A stretch of DNA of 63,557 bases, filler included, from Basidiobolus ranarum (lineage: Eukaryota): assembly GCA_040143965.1 (NCBI GenBank). It is 20 parts of 20 records of this genome, joined end to end, with 100 filler letters (N's around TTAATTAATTAA, not from the genome) between each part and the next. Parts side by side here need not be neighbours in the genome. Positions count along the whole stretch, not along the records: positions 1 to 3,096 come from JASJQH010002733.1; positions 3,197 to 6,290 come from JASJQH010002734.1; positions 6,391 to 9,483 come from JASJQH010002735.1; positions 9,584 to 12,674 come from JASJQH010002736.1; 16 more parts are not named here. The stretch is one strand, 5' to 3'. The translations under genes and the position numbers were made by a program. This document shows, one piece after another, positions 1 through 11,256 of the stretch. Each line of letters starts with the position of its first letter. Position 1 is the first letter of the stretch. Under the pieces are notes generated by a model. The model was given only the letters and a program-made list of their open reading frames with translations, did not search any database and had not been told where the DNA came from.

Positions 1-660
1 CTACAATCAAATGAAAAATGTTTGTTAATAAAAAGCTTGTGAAGCCATATTGGCTTGATATGGCTCAATCCATTCACATTTTCACCTAATTAGAAGCCTA
101 CATGATTGAATAAATAATTTGCTGATCAAAAAATGTTGAATCAAGTGATCTTGATCACTACTATCATATTGCAGATTGATCCATCATTGAGTGCTGAGAT
201 TTGTCACCAGTGTGCCAAAAGTACTGGTGTTTTGTAATGCAGGAGCTGTTGTGCCCAATTGAAAATCAGGATACTGCATTAGTGAGGGACAAATGATTGG
301 CCTAAAAACATGTGAATGTCTTGGTTATACATTTGATTGGGTAAAGTACAGTATAAATTGTTTATTGTTACACGTTCAGTAATTTGTAGGTTACAAACTA
401 GGGGAAGAATTTACTTTGTCAGTTACCCAAAATTGTTATTTGGCAATACTAAATTGGGTAACTTGGTAATGACTGGCACAATATCTCCAATAAAACATTG
501 TGTCCAATTGTGGTGCGATAGTGCCATATTGTTCCTCAAAGTGTCCGATCAAGTGTTATAGGACCCAGGCACGGTAATTGATGGATTGTGCCAGATGGTG
601 TACTAGCAGGCTGGATTGAGCAGCACAATCCGACCTGGTCCATTAGAACAAGTCCACTTT
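1..660 (+). mobile_element. Interspersed repeat, internal segment of CMC/CACTA-associated family B
   Basis: Aligns with the reverse complement of ~37200-37864 and with ~59715-60177; CpG-depleted. Confidence 0.75.
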
Positions 661-3060
661 ACTGATGGGGCTTTGCAGTGTTTGTGCAGCTTTTTGCTTG
701 CCTTTAGTTTTGGGGCTGATTTTAACACTTTGAAAATGTCAGTTGAGGTTGGAGACCAGTGAGTCTTGTTTGCTGATGTTATGGCTTGTTGAGAGATGCC
801 AGGTTTTGGAAAAACTTCCAAATTTAGTACTCTTCCAACTGGTGTACCTGGTTCCATGGTGCAATCAAGCTTTTTTGCATGTATATCTGAAGCTGGAAAT
901 GCAGATCTTTGTTATCGCACAAAGAATTTGGTGAGTCGGAAAGTAAAACCTAAGCTCACTGGCTGCTGGGCATTTCCCTTGGGTTTAATAACTTCCTGCT
1001 TCTTGAGTACTTGTTTAGCTGCTTCTCTTTCTTATCCATGTCAATAATTGCTTACATTTTTAAGATGTTTCATAAAAAGGCCTATGATAGCCCAATTGCA
1101 TTTACTTGCACAAACCCAGGACAAGCCACATGAAATAGGTCAAGAACTGTCAAAGTATCACCTGATTGTTGATCTTTCCACAATTGCCTCAAATCATGGT
1201 GATTTTGGGCAAGATTCCACACAGTTTCCAAAATGTTACACTACTCATCATCAGAGCAAGTGTCAGCAGCTCTGATATTCAGAGTCTGTTGGTTTGCTGA
1301 TTTTCCTATGAGATTTCTACTTTCATGTGCCCAAGTAATTTTGGGTTGTTGTGTAGACTTAATCATCCTATACATATTGTGCTTTATTAGATTGTCATGG
1401 TGACACTCATATGAATGGTGTGCAATTGATGGCAATCCCATATGAGAATGGATGGAGGGAGTAACATTCTCAAGGTCTTGTATCATACGTTGAGTGACAC
1501 TCTAATTGTTGACTAGTTGCCTCTAATGGCTGCATTAACTGCAACATTGTGGTATTATTGCTTGTCATGGCCTGTATAGCAAGTTTGTAGTTTCTACTTA
1601 TGATTGCATATAAATTATTATGGTGTTCTCTCTGTGATTCCCTTGTTGTAATAATTCTATATAATTTTTCTACAGAGGGTTCTTCAATAGTTGGCAAAGT
1701 AGCCATTTTGGAAGTTCATTTTGCTGAGTTACTCAACTATTTATTTACTATGTAATTAAAGGATTACAATCTCTACACTTGCACTATATCTGGAAATGAA
1801 CTCATCTGGTGAGCTGATTAATGCTTTATCATTACTTGAGTTAGTTTCTGGCATGTTAATGCCTTCCAAAGTAGATAGTGGATTGTTAGACTGCATATCA
1901 ATTAAGTCATCTGCTCATGCTGGTTTCTTTCCTTTTGAACCAGCAGGCTTATGCTTGGAAGCTGATTTTGATTTAGAATTTGAATGCTTTTTGAGTGGCT
2001 TTGAAGCTTTCAGATGGTAAACTTGGTGTGAAGAAAATGCTTAGAAACAGTATATATAACCAAAATTTCCATCTATGACTGTAAATATCTTGTAAATCCC
2101 CTGATGATTCATCTGTGACACCATCTCAGAGTCAGCTGATGATACTGATGGGCTATTCCTAAAAAATCACCCTTGTGTAACTGGTGTTCTTTTTTCCACA
2201 ATATCCTTGTTATGCCATGACACAAACATTTAAAGAAGCCCTGCTATTATTGTTGCCAATTTTTGTACTATGAGAGCCAGAGGCTTCACAGAAAAATAGT
2301 AAAAGAATGGTCACTGTACACAACCACCAGCTGCACAAAACCTGGTGAATATCAACAGTAAGAAGTGCACAAAATTGACTTTAGTTTTGCCCACTGAGTC
2401 CACTGGCTATGCTTTGCCTCAAAGTTTTGGTAACACTGCCAAAAGTCAAGATATTATCCAGTCACCACTGTTATATGACCAGAATGATATAGGTTGAAGT
2501 GCAACTTGGTCAGACCAGTAAGTCTGGACAACTTTGAGGACTTGCAGCTTGCTGTTGACCTTGATTATTACAGCAACAATGGTAGTATATCAGAAGTTGA
2601 AGAAGATGATGATTTTGTTAAGGAGTCTTTGTTATTGGCAAGCATCAGTCTACTCATAACACTTGCAATAAAGAAAGCAGCTTTGAGTATTGAAGAGTGG
2701 AGAGTTCAATCTAATCTTAGCAACAAGGTGTTTACTGGTTTCTTACACTTTTACCACAGTTGATTGGCAACTGTTGCTTGCCACAGACCTGGCAAAAGTG
2801 AAAAACACTTGTTAATTGTGTGACTTATTATCCTACAGATGTTAAACTACCTTCAAGTCCAAATGGTTGTTTGGCCTTCACCGGTGATCTGAAAAACCTG
2901 AAGTCATTTACTTTTTGCACAAAATTGGCAATCACTAAATCAGGTTAATATTGATTATATTTGGCTTCATACCATTGATTCCCTATCTTACAGTTTTGAT
3001 ATACTTACCAAAACTTAGATCATTGATCCAATACCAAAGTACTCCCTGTAAAGCTGCTGG
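661..3060. mobile_element. Degenerate EnSpm/CACTA (CMC) family A: ORF2 remnants on minus (~661-2000), transposase N-terminus on plus (~2400-3060)
   Basis: Colinear with 6391-8220. Plus-strand PNGCLAFTGDLKNLKS and FIPLIP match N-terminal EnSpm transposase motifs; many stops. Confidence 0.75.
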
Positions 3061-3096
3061 CACTAACAAAAATAAAGTAGATTTGATCCGGATCAG
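3061..3096 (+). mobile_element. Terminus of a second CMC element inserted into the transposase
   Basis: CACTAACAAAAATAAAGTAGATTTGATCCGGATCAG matches the termini at 14194 (CCCTAACAAGAATAAAG) and 41489 (reverse strand). Confidence 0.65.
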
Positions 3097-3196
3097 NNNN
3101 NNNNNNNNNNNNNNNNNNNNNNNNNNNNNNNNNNNNNNNNTTAATTAATTAANNNNNNNNNNNNNNNNNNNNNNNNNNNNNNNNNNNNNNNNNNNN
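3097..3196. other. Artificial contig-joining linker (44 N + TTAATTAATTAA + 44 N); first of 19
   Basis: Identical 100-bp linkers start at 3097, 6291, 9484, 12675, 15865, 19054, 22241, 25427, 28612, 31796, 34978, 38158, 41338, 44517, 47696, 50871, 54045, 57218 and 60389. The core gives stop codons in all six frames, and contig lengths never increase (3096 down to 3069 bp). Confidence 0.98.
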
Positions 3197-3680
3197 GAAC
3201 CACTTGCAAGGTGATTGGTTTAAATGAGGATCTTGGTGGCGGAAGAATGGTAAACTCGGCGATTCGGGGATTGGTTTCCCCAGCAGGCAATTGGTAAAAC
3301 TTATTGATAAAATCTCGACAGCCTTTAGCTACACGACGTGTAGAAAAGATTATAGAACTCTCATGTGGGGCTGCAAACTTACTCTCGCAATAGCTCATTA
3401 ACTAGAGCATTAAGTAAAGTTAGCAGGTGAAATGTTAAACAAGTACTTTGTTTGGTCATACCTTCTTGATGCTGAAATGAATGCAAAAGCGAGGATAACC
3501 ACTTTTCATAGCAGAATGGATTCTGGGTTCACCTTCCTCGTAAGCAATATTATCTTCCCAAGTTGGGAGGCATACTGAGACAGCATGTGGAGTGTGTGCA
3601 GGGATAGGCGTAACAACCTCTTGTTTCTGAAAGTAAGAGGGACAGGATGTTGTCGTTGTTGGCTGAGCCGAATTAGTCAT
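3197..3680 (-). CDS. STR2: Cystathionine gamma-synthase (fungal Str2/Met-7 type), 5' part; truncated by contig end
   Basis: IPAHTPHAVSVCLPTWEDNIAYEEGE...MKSGYPRF is the characteristic N-terminus. Exon 3680-3462, GT-AG intron 3461-3402, exon 3401-3197. Confidence 0.85.
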
Positions 3681-3797
3681 TGTTGAAGAAGAATAATGTT
3701 GGAAATATCGAAGGACAGATGACTTGACTTGCTTGTTGTATTCTTGTTGATGATTTTTTTAACTGCACGCCTCACATGTTGTAATGATGGGATAATC

Positions 3798-3806
3798 ATG
3801 AGTCAC
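3798..3806. promoter_or_regulatory. Gcn4/AP-1-like bZIP site (ATGAGTCAC) in the shared STR2/cystinosin intergenic region
   Basis: TGAGTCA at 3799-3805, about 120 bp upstream of the STR2 ATG. Motif match only. Confidence 0.35.
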
Positions 3807-4238
3807 TGACTGTAAATACAGTACAAGCTCATGCCATACCAAGAACCAACCAAGATTAAATATTGGAAACACAAGCTCCGTAATTAGAATATTTCCTGTC
3901 CACAAATTACAACATTATTGATGCCGAACTACTTATGGTCAATGGCGATTATCGGTAAGATAAGGGTAGATTACTTGCCAAATACGCTGTCCGCACGGCT
4001 AATTCGGTTTGGGTGGCGTGGTTAGAGCTATGCGGTTTCTTAAACAAAATTAACGCAGTAAGCATCGAGCATGATGAAACAGCTAAATGTTATTGATACT
4101 GAAATGTGACTGGGATTCAGATGGCGAGCTTTTATCCCAAAATGATCAAATCACTGCTTTAGCCTACATTTAACGAAGTCACATCCATTTAGTTTTGAGG
4201 TTCTCTCTATACACTATAATCTCTATTATACTCTAACC

Positions 4239-5566
4239 ATGGACTACGCGACCGTTTCTTCACTCATAGGATGGGTATTTTCAATTTTTCTTTCCTACTT
4301 TTGCCAGTTACTTTATAAACGTCCTTTCCCTCGTGCTGTAGACTTACTTTCTGGCTTGGTCAATTAGTTTCTACCCTCAGGTATCTGATTACAGGAACCA
4401 TTTCGCTTAACTTTCAATTTTTTAATCGCAATCTATCAGGTTATTCTGAACTATAAAAGAAAAAGGTTAGTTTTCGCACTTTTTACGTGCAAGACTTTTT
4501 AGTATTCACTTTTAGATGAGTCAGTGTTCAGGGGCTCTCCACAGACTTTGTTGTTTATAATATCTATGGCTTTACTTGCTACTCGGTAAGGCATGGTTGA
4601 TTGACTGGCATGAAGAAGATTGAGATGTTCATCGACTTACTATAGTTATACAACTGTGCGTTTTATTGGAGTCCAGAAATTCGTAAAGAATATAGGGATA
4701 GAAACCATGGACGCGATAACCTAGTACAAGTCAATGACGTGTTTTTTGGACTACACGCCTTGATAATATCTACAGTAACCCTTGTCCAAATATTGTATTA
4801 CAAAGTATTTGAATTTTTTATCCTCTTCATTTCTTACATGGCTTTAATAGAATTATTGTCAGGTTGGCTTTGAGCAAAAACCATCTCGAGTTCTTAAGGT
4901 GTTCACTGCCGTAACCTTTGTGCTAGCTGGTGGATTTCTATTGAGCATTTTGAGTGGATGGGGGATGTGGATTGATCTTCTTTACTTCTTATCTTATGTC
5001 AAACTCACAATTAGTATCATTAAGTACTGCCCTCAGGTAAGTTCCGAATCATTGGTATTGCAGTAGAAGATATATTCATGTTTATAGGTCTATTTGAATT
5101 GGAAATCTAAATCAACCGTTGGATGGAGCATTCACAACATTATCCTCGTTCGTTCATATTACCACCAACTCTTTCTTCAGGAACATCTCTGATATCCGAT
5201 TGTGTAGGATTTCACCGGAGGATTGCTATCTATCGCTCAACTCTTTCTTGATGCCGCGGTTGAGGACGATTGGAGTGGAATTACTGGCGTAAGTTGTTGA
5301 GTATTTTGATCTTGATGTGTTACTCGTCCTAACTTGTTAAACAACGTCTCATAGAACCCAATCAAGCTGTGAGTATGTCATCTTTGTTGAGTTGGTTGCT
5401 TTGTACTAATTTCCCTGGATTTCATAGCGCTTTGGGGTGGGTAAGCATGTTCTTTGACCTGGCTTTCTTCGCTCAGCATTACATTCTGTATCCAGATAGA
5501 ACTGATCACTCTCGTGGGTTGGTTGCAGATGAAGAACGCCCCATCCTGGTTGACAATGGATTGTAA
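4239..5566 (+). CDS. ERS1: Cystinosin / Ers1-like PQ-loop vacuolar cystine transporter, complete, about 10 exons
   Basis: Spliced peptides: [30 protein letters not shown]...VQVNDVFFGLHA...[38 protein letters not shown]...GNPIKLALG...QHYILY. Two PQ motifs, a C-terminal acidic dileucine-like EERPIL, and a 14-nt microexon at 5355-5368. Confidence 0.92.
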
Positions 5567-6179
5567 ATTGAATGCTATCTGATATATTGTATACAACCTC
5601 TGTTGCCTGATTGTAACAATCCCCTTCCTTTCTCATTTAAAGACCACTCTTACTTATATTGTCAAAATTTTGGAGTAAACTGGGTACATTATACCTCTCT
5701 CTATATAGCCCTGTTACCAATCACTCTCCAAACATCCCTTTTTTATATTGTTTCGAAAATTAATGAATAATTTTACAATTGTGGTTATTTCGAAGCGGTG
5801 TTGGGTTTATTATACTTTCATATAAACTCTCGCTAAACAAATACATTTATAGCTATTCGTTTTCATCCTCATCTTCTCCTTATGAGGACTTGTTGATCTC
5901 TAATCTTCGGGTTATTGAAGGTACTTAATAAGGTGAGGGCGAATAATACTAGAAACATTCACTAATGATTAAATTTCAAAGGTGATAAGTAATACAGGTT
6001 AAATTCTTGGACCAAGCTTACACCTGCTTCGCAATGCTTGCTAAAACTTCCTATTTGTTGTATATTGGGTGAATTGCCAGTGTGTAGGAGAAGCAGATGA
6101 AATATGTGATTTGTAGTTTAAGTGAAGGTAATGAAGAAGCCATTGAGAAAGTTGAAAATGGGCTTGAGAATGTTGTCAT

Positions 6180-6290
6180 TGTTGAAATTAGCATTGCCTA
6201 AACACCTATATAGTCATATATAGCTTAGTACTTAGTTATCTTATATTTCACCAAGATATTATCCATTATTCTCAATCGGAATTTACTTAG
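6180..6290 (+). mobile_element. Copia LTR family A, partial
   Basis: Starts TGTTGAAATTAGCATTGCCTAAACACC; the same LTR follows Copia RNase H plus polypurine tract at 41893 and ~48811. Confidence 0.85.
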
Positions 6291-6390
6291 NNNNNNNNNN
6301 NNNNNNNNNNNNNNNNNNNNNNNNNNNNNNNNNNTTAATTAATTAANNNNNNNNNNNNNNNNNNNNNNNNNNNNNNNNNNNNNNNNNNNN

Positions 6391-7146
6391 AATAATAATA
6401 TACCATTTTCCTTTGCAATTTCTACTTTCACATGCCCAAGCAATTTTGGGTTGTATTGTATGCTTAATGGTCCAACACATATTCTGCTCTGCTAGATTGT
6501 CATGGTGATGCTCATATGTATAGTGTGGGATAGATCAAAATCTCATATGAGAATAGATGGAGGGATCAGCATGTTGCTGCAGCTCAAGTACAGTCTTCTG
6601 AAGGTGTTGTAACATTGTTGAGTGACTTTCTAACTGTTGACTAGTTGCTTCAGAACACTGCATTAATTGCAATATTGCAGTATTATTGCTTGTCATGGGC
6701 TGTATAGCAACTTTGTTGCTTTTACTTATGTTCAAATACAAATCATTACAGTGTTTTGCCTGAAAGTCCCTTGTTGTCATAATTCTATCCATATTTTCTA
6801 TGAAAGATTGTTCAATATTTGGCAAAGTAGCCATTTTGGAAGTTGATGGTCTTGATGGTGTTTCTGTTAAACTTTGCTCAGCTATTGATGTACTAGATAA
6901 TTGGGGGATTACAATCTCTTCACTTGCACCATTGCTGCAAAGGACCATATCTGACAAACTGACTAATGCTTCATCATTACTTGAGTTAGTTTCCAGCATG
7001 TTAATGCCTTCCAAAATGAAAAGTGGCTTGCTAGACTGCTTATCAATTAAGTCCTCTTTTCTTGCTGGTTTTTCTCCTTTTGTGCCAGCAGGCTTTTCCT
7101 TTGAAGCCAATTTTGATTTAGATTTTGAATGCTTTTTGAATGGCAT
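6391..7146 (-). mobile_element. CMC family A ORF2 (accessory ORF), N-terminal 203 aa open
   Basis: Basic N-terminus, Ser/Thr-rich region and predicted coiled coil (LQLMQCSEATSQQLESHSTMLQHLQKTVLELQQ). Homologous copies lie in contigs 1 and 8. Confidence 0.65.
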
Positions 7147-7559
7147 TGAAATTCTCAGATGGTAAATTTAGTGTACTGAAGATGTTTAAAATCAGCTTAT
7201 AACAAGCCAAAATTGTAATCAACTCCCATAAATATCTTCTAAATCCCTTGATGACTCCTCTGTGAAACCATCTCAGAGTCAGCCGATGATATTGATGGGA
7301 TATATCTAAAATACAACCCTCACATAGGAGGTGTTCTTTTTTCTAAAATATCCATTTTTTGCTACAACACAAACACTTAAAGAAGCCATGCTATTATTGT
7401 CACAAGTTCTGGTGCTTTGAAAGCTGGAGGCTTCATGGAAAAATACTCACAAGCATGGTCACAGTATAAAGCCACCAGCTGCACAAAGCCTTGTAAATAT
7501 CAATGGTTATAAGTGCACTACATCAACTTTAGTTTTGCCAATTGAGTCCACTGGCTCTG

Positions 7560-8760
7560 CTTTGCCTCAAGGTTTGGGTAACACTGCCATGAGTCAAGAT
7601 ACTGTGGAGTTACCACAGCTATATGCCCAGAATGATTTAGATTGAAATTCAACTTTGGTTGAACCATTAAGTCCAGACAACTTTGAGGTCATGGTGCTAG
7701 ATGTTGACCTTGGTTATTCCAGTACTGATGGTTTTATAACAGAGGTTGAAGAGGAAGACAATGATTTTGTTATATACTCATTGTTATTGACAAGCATTGG
7801 TCTACTCATAACACTTACAGTAGAGGAAGCAGCTTTGATTATTGAGGAGTGGAGAGTTCAATCCAATCTTAGCAACCTGGTGTTTATTGGTTTTCTTACA
7901 CTTTTACCACAGTTGATTGGCAACTGTTGCTTTCCACAGACCTGGTACAAGTGGAAAACACTTGTCACATGTATGACTTATAATCCTTCAGTAACTGAAC
8001 TACCTTCATGTCCAAATGATTGTTTGGCTTGCACCAGTGACCTGACAAACCTGAAGTCATGTACTGTTTGCAAACAATTGGTAATCTCTGAATCAGGTAA
8101 GTACTGTTCATAATTAGCTTAAACACCATTGGTTCCCCACCTTAAAGTTTTGATGAAATCATCCAAATATAGATCATTGATCCAATATTAAAGTACTCAC
8201 CAAAAGGCTGATGGTATTGACAATATACTTGATGGATATCACTACCAGAATCTGAAAAGGTAAAGTTTCTTTGAGAGCACATATTGTCATGCATTTGCAT
8301 TGGCTCTGGAAGGTTTTGCAGTAAACAAATACCATTGTAGAGGCTTGCTGGCCAAGAATTTTAATTAACTTAGATCTTCCTCCTTGTGAATGGTATAAGA
8401 GTATAATGTTATTATACTATTCATAATATGTGAACCTAAATCACCAGTGCTCATAGATAGCTTCTTGGAGCCTTTGATTGTGAAATTTGAACAGTTATCT
8501 AATGGGGTTTAGATGGGGGAATATTGTATTAAAGATAATAAGATTGTATGTATTGATGACACTACTGCCATCAGTAAACTTGGAGGTTTTTGTGGGCACA
8601 ATGCACTATCTTGCTGTAAAATTTGTCAATCAATGGAGTTTACTCTGTCAGGCATATGCATTACTACTATCCAAATATAACACTAAACTCCAAGATTTTA
8701 CCATAAAGAGCCTGGTCAGATTTCAACATGATTGTTATGCACCAACATACATAGTTGCTT
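7560..8760 (+). pseudogene. EnSpm/CACTA transposase (Tnp2/Transposase_21-like), degenerate
   Basis: Ordered motifs across frameshifts: CPNDCLACTSDLTNLKSCTVC; NILDGYHYQNL; FALALEGF; CWPRILINLDLPP; ICEPKSPVLIDSFLEPL; DTTAISKLGGFCGHNALSCCKIC. Confidence 0.85.
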
Positions 8761-8784
8761 AGCTTACACCATATCTATACAACT

Positions 8785-9330
8785 TGCAGGAATATCTGTT
8801 TAGTGTATCATCATCGCTAACTGGTCACCTGACCTTATCCAGTGAACCTATCATGAGACTTATCACATGACTAACTATCAATTCTCTTATCCCTTCTATG
8901 AGATAATATGATCAATCACATGATCATTATCCAATCAGTATTACCCTCTGAGTTATCTGCCCAGACACAAGTCAATATAAGTCACATGATTCATAACCAA
9001 TGATTTTTCACTGCCAAGACTTCAGTGGATGCATGACTCACTTATCTATCTATCTATCAATCCAATCACAATATCTTTTATCAGAATTAGTATCCAATAT
9101 CTTTGAAAAGACTAATTCACTTTGCTCTTAAAAAGTAGAAATAAAGCTAACTGAACCTTTTGGTTTAGTGTGTGTCTCAATGAATATAGGATCTCAACAC
9201 TTCTCAGGGTTTCTCAACAAATTCAATATTCCCCTCTCATTTCTAGCCAAGCCTAGTATCTACTAGCATCTACAGAACACCAAGCATAGCTGCCTAGCAA
9301 ACCTACTCTCTACCATTACATAGCAACCAA
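8785..9330. repeat. Possible LTR or other repeat interrupting the transposase
   Basis: Abrupt loss of transposase similarity, nearly CpG-free, with three TCACATGA motifs. No second copy in the window. Confidence 0.3.
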
Positions 9331-9583
9331 CTGCTATTCCCAAGATATATATTAGTTAGATCTGCTCTGCTGATATATCCTGCTTAAACAGTTCTAAGAT
9401 TCTGCACTTAACTGTTTCTTTGGTGCAGTAGAGTTCAAGACTTTTTATCCACTTTTCTCTTGGACACAACATTTTTTTTGTTGNNNNNNNNNNNNNNNNN
9501 NNNNNNNNNNNNNNNNNNNNNNNNNNNTTAATTAATTAANNNNNNNNNNNNNNNNNNNNNNNNNNNNNNNNNNNNNNNNNNNN

Positions 9584-10097
9584 GGGACACATCGAATCCA
9601 AGCATCAATCGTCATACATAATCAAGAATCTGTTGATCTTCACGAATAGCTTCTTGAAAAATAGCTAGGACGATCACAGTGAAAACTACTGCTACCAAAA
9701 TGCTGACTCCTTGTAAAGCAAAGACCGAAGCAATCATCATACCACGGCGATTTGTTGAAGCAAATTCGGATGTAATGACAGAAAAAACTGGGTAACCCCC
9801 ACCAATTCCAATACCAAGAAAGAAACGCCAGATGGCAATAATCAACTCCAAGCCATACATCTTCTTTCTACCCAGTCTGTCACTGAGATATCCAAAAAGC
9901 AATTGCCCTATTAGAGTACCGAAAGCAGCGGCACCTGTAAACTGCTTTGACACCTGGTTGTTATTGTCCTGATAGTAAACATACCCTAGCATGGGCACCG
10001 CCAAGTTGATGATGAATATATCATAACCATCTATAAAGAGACCTACACCACAATAAGGATGGCCCGAAGGTGCCAGGTTTAGTCTCGCTAATATCAA
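9584..10097 (-). pseudogene. PHO84: Pho84-like phosphate:H+ symporter (MFS) pseudogene
   Basis: GVGLFIDGYDIFIINL, GQLLFGYLSDRLGRKKMYGLELII and WRFFLGIGIGGGYP...SEFA..RRG are recognisable. Lesions: deletion between LELII and AIWR, GGDYP changed to GGGYP, TGA in place of Trp in DYV(W)R, and no normal N-terminus. Confidence 0.8.
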
Positions 10098-11256
10098 TGA
10101 GGTTATTGACAGTCGTATTCGATTCCCAGTTGAATGTAGAGCTGAGAGTTTTGGTATTTACTACCACAATTCTATCCTTTTTATCCTGTTCATGCCTCAA
10201 GTATGAACTAAAATAGAAAGAACGTATTCATTACTACTTACTGCTCAGTGAGTTCATCAAACACTACTTGCGATAGCTCAGTTTATTTTGGAATATCTGA
10301 TGAGAAATGCTTAGTTGGATAGAGTAGCATGGACCAATCAATGCACTATTCGAGGCACGTTGCCTAACACTTCCGTTCATTATTTCTTCATAAGCAACAA
10401 CAAACTCGTGACCGTAGTTTTCCATCTACCGAACGGTGAACTGTAAAAGTTTCAAAAAGTCCAAAATCCTAGACCATACAAAAGAGAATAGTATCTTATT
10501 GTATATCATCACGGCCTTTTAAGATAAATGCTTTTTATATGCGAATAAAAAATTCAAACCTAATTTCTGTTCAGGTGCAAAAACCAACAGTGTTTAAAGG
10601 TCGTGGCCAATACTACTGAGGCAACTACTGAAGATTCTCCCCTTCATCTTTGGAATCGTGACCTGGCTACTACTTTGAACTTTAGACATCTCCTTTTTAA
10701 CTTGCGCTCAAATGGGGAAAGACTAGAATGTTTTTGCAGATTGAAGGAACCTCTCTCCACCGGGTACAAAAGAAAGGGTATCTCGTCAGCTAGCAGCAGT
10801 TGACCAACGAAAAAAGCAAACAATCCTTTGTGGTTATCGCTACACTAAACATTTGATACAGAGCAAGTCTTTGAACACCATGTCTTCACTTATCTCCAAT
10901 TTTTTGCGATCGTCCCATTTATTTTATGAAATGTCTAATTGATTTTTTTAATTCATCTCAAACTCTAGATATATAAATATATATATTATGAGAGTATCAT
11001 CCGGTTGAGATGTGTGATATGTATGATCGTATTCTCTTCAATATCGATATTTAAAATTAACCACAATAATTTGGACTCTCCCCGAGTCAGCCCCAAACCA
11101 AATTTATTGCGTGTATGAAGGATTCCGTTCTCCCTTAATACTACTAGCCTACGTTATTTTTCCTTTCTCTTTTGACTGTTAAATTGGTTTATCTTCTTTA
11201 ATATATATATACGCATATTCACTTAAATATAGTCATATATACTTGGACATTTATAA

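Noticed and set aside
3141-3152. Regularly spaced TTAATTAATTAA as a biological repeat or CRISPR-like array
   Set aside because: It is always embedded in 44+44 N and is an all-frame stop linker.
8200-8400. LINE RT-like SQGGRSKLIK on the minus strand
   Set aside because: The plus strand carries a much longer ordered set of EnSpm transposase motifs.
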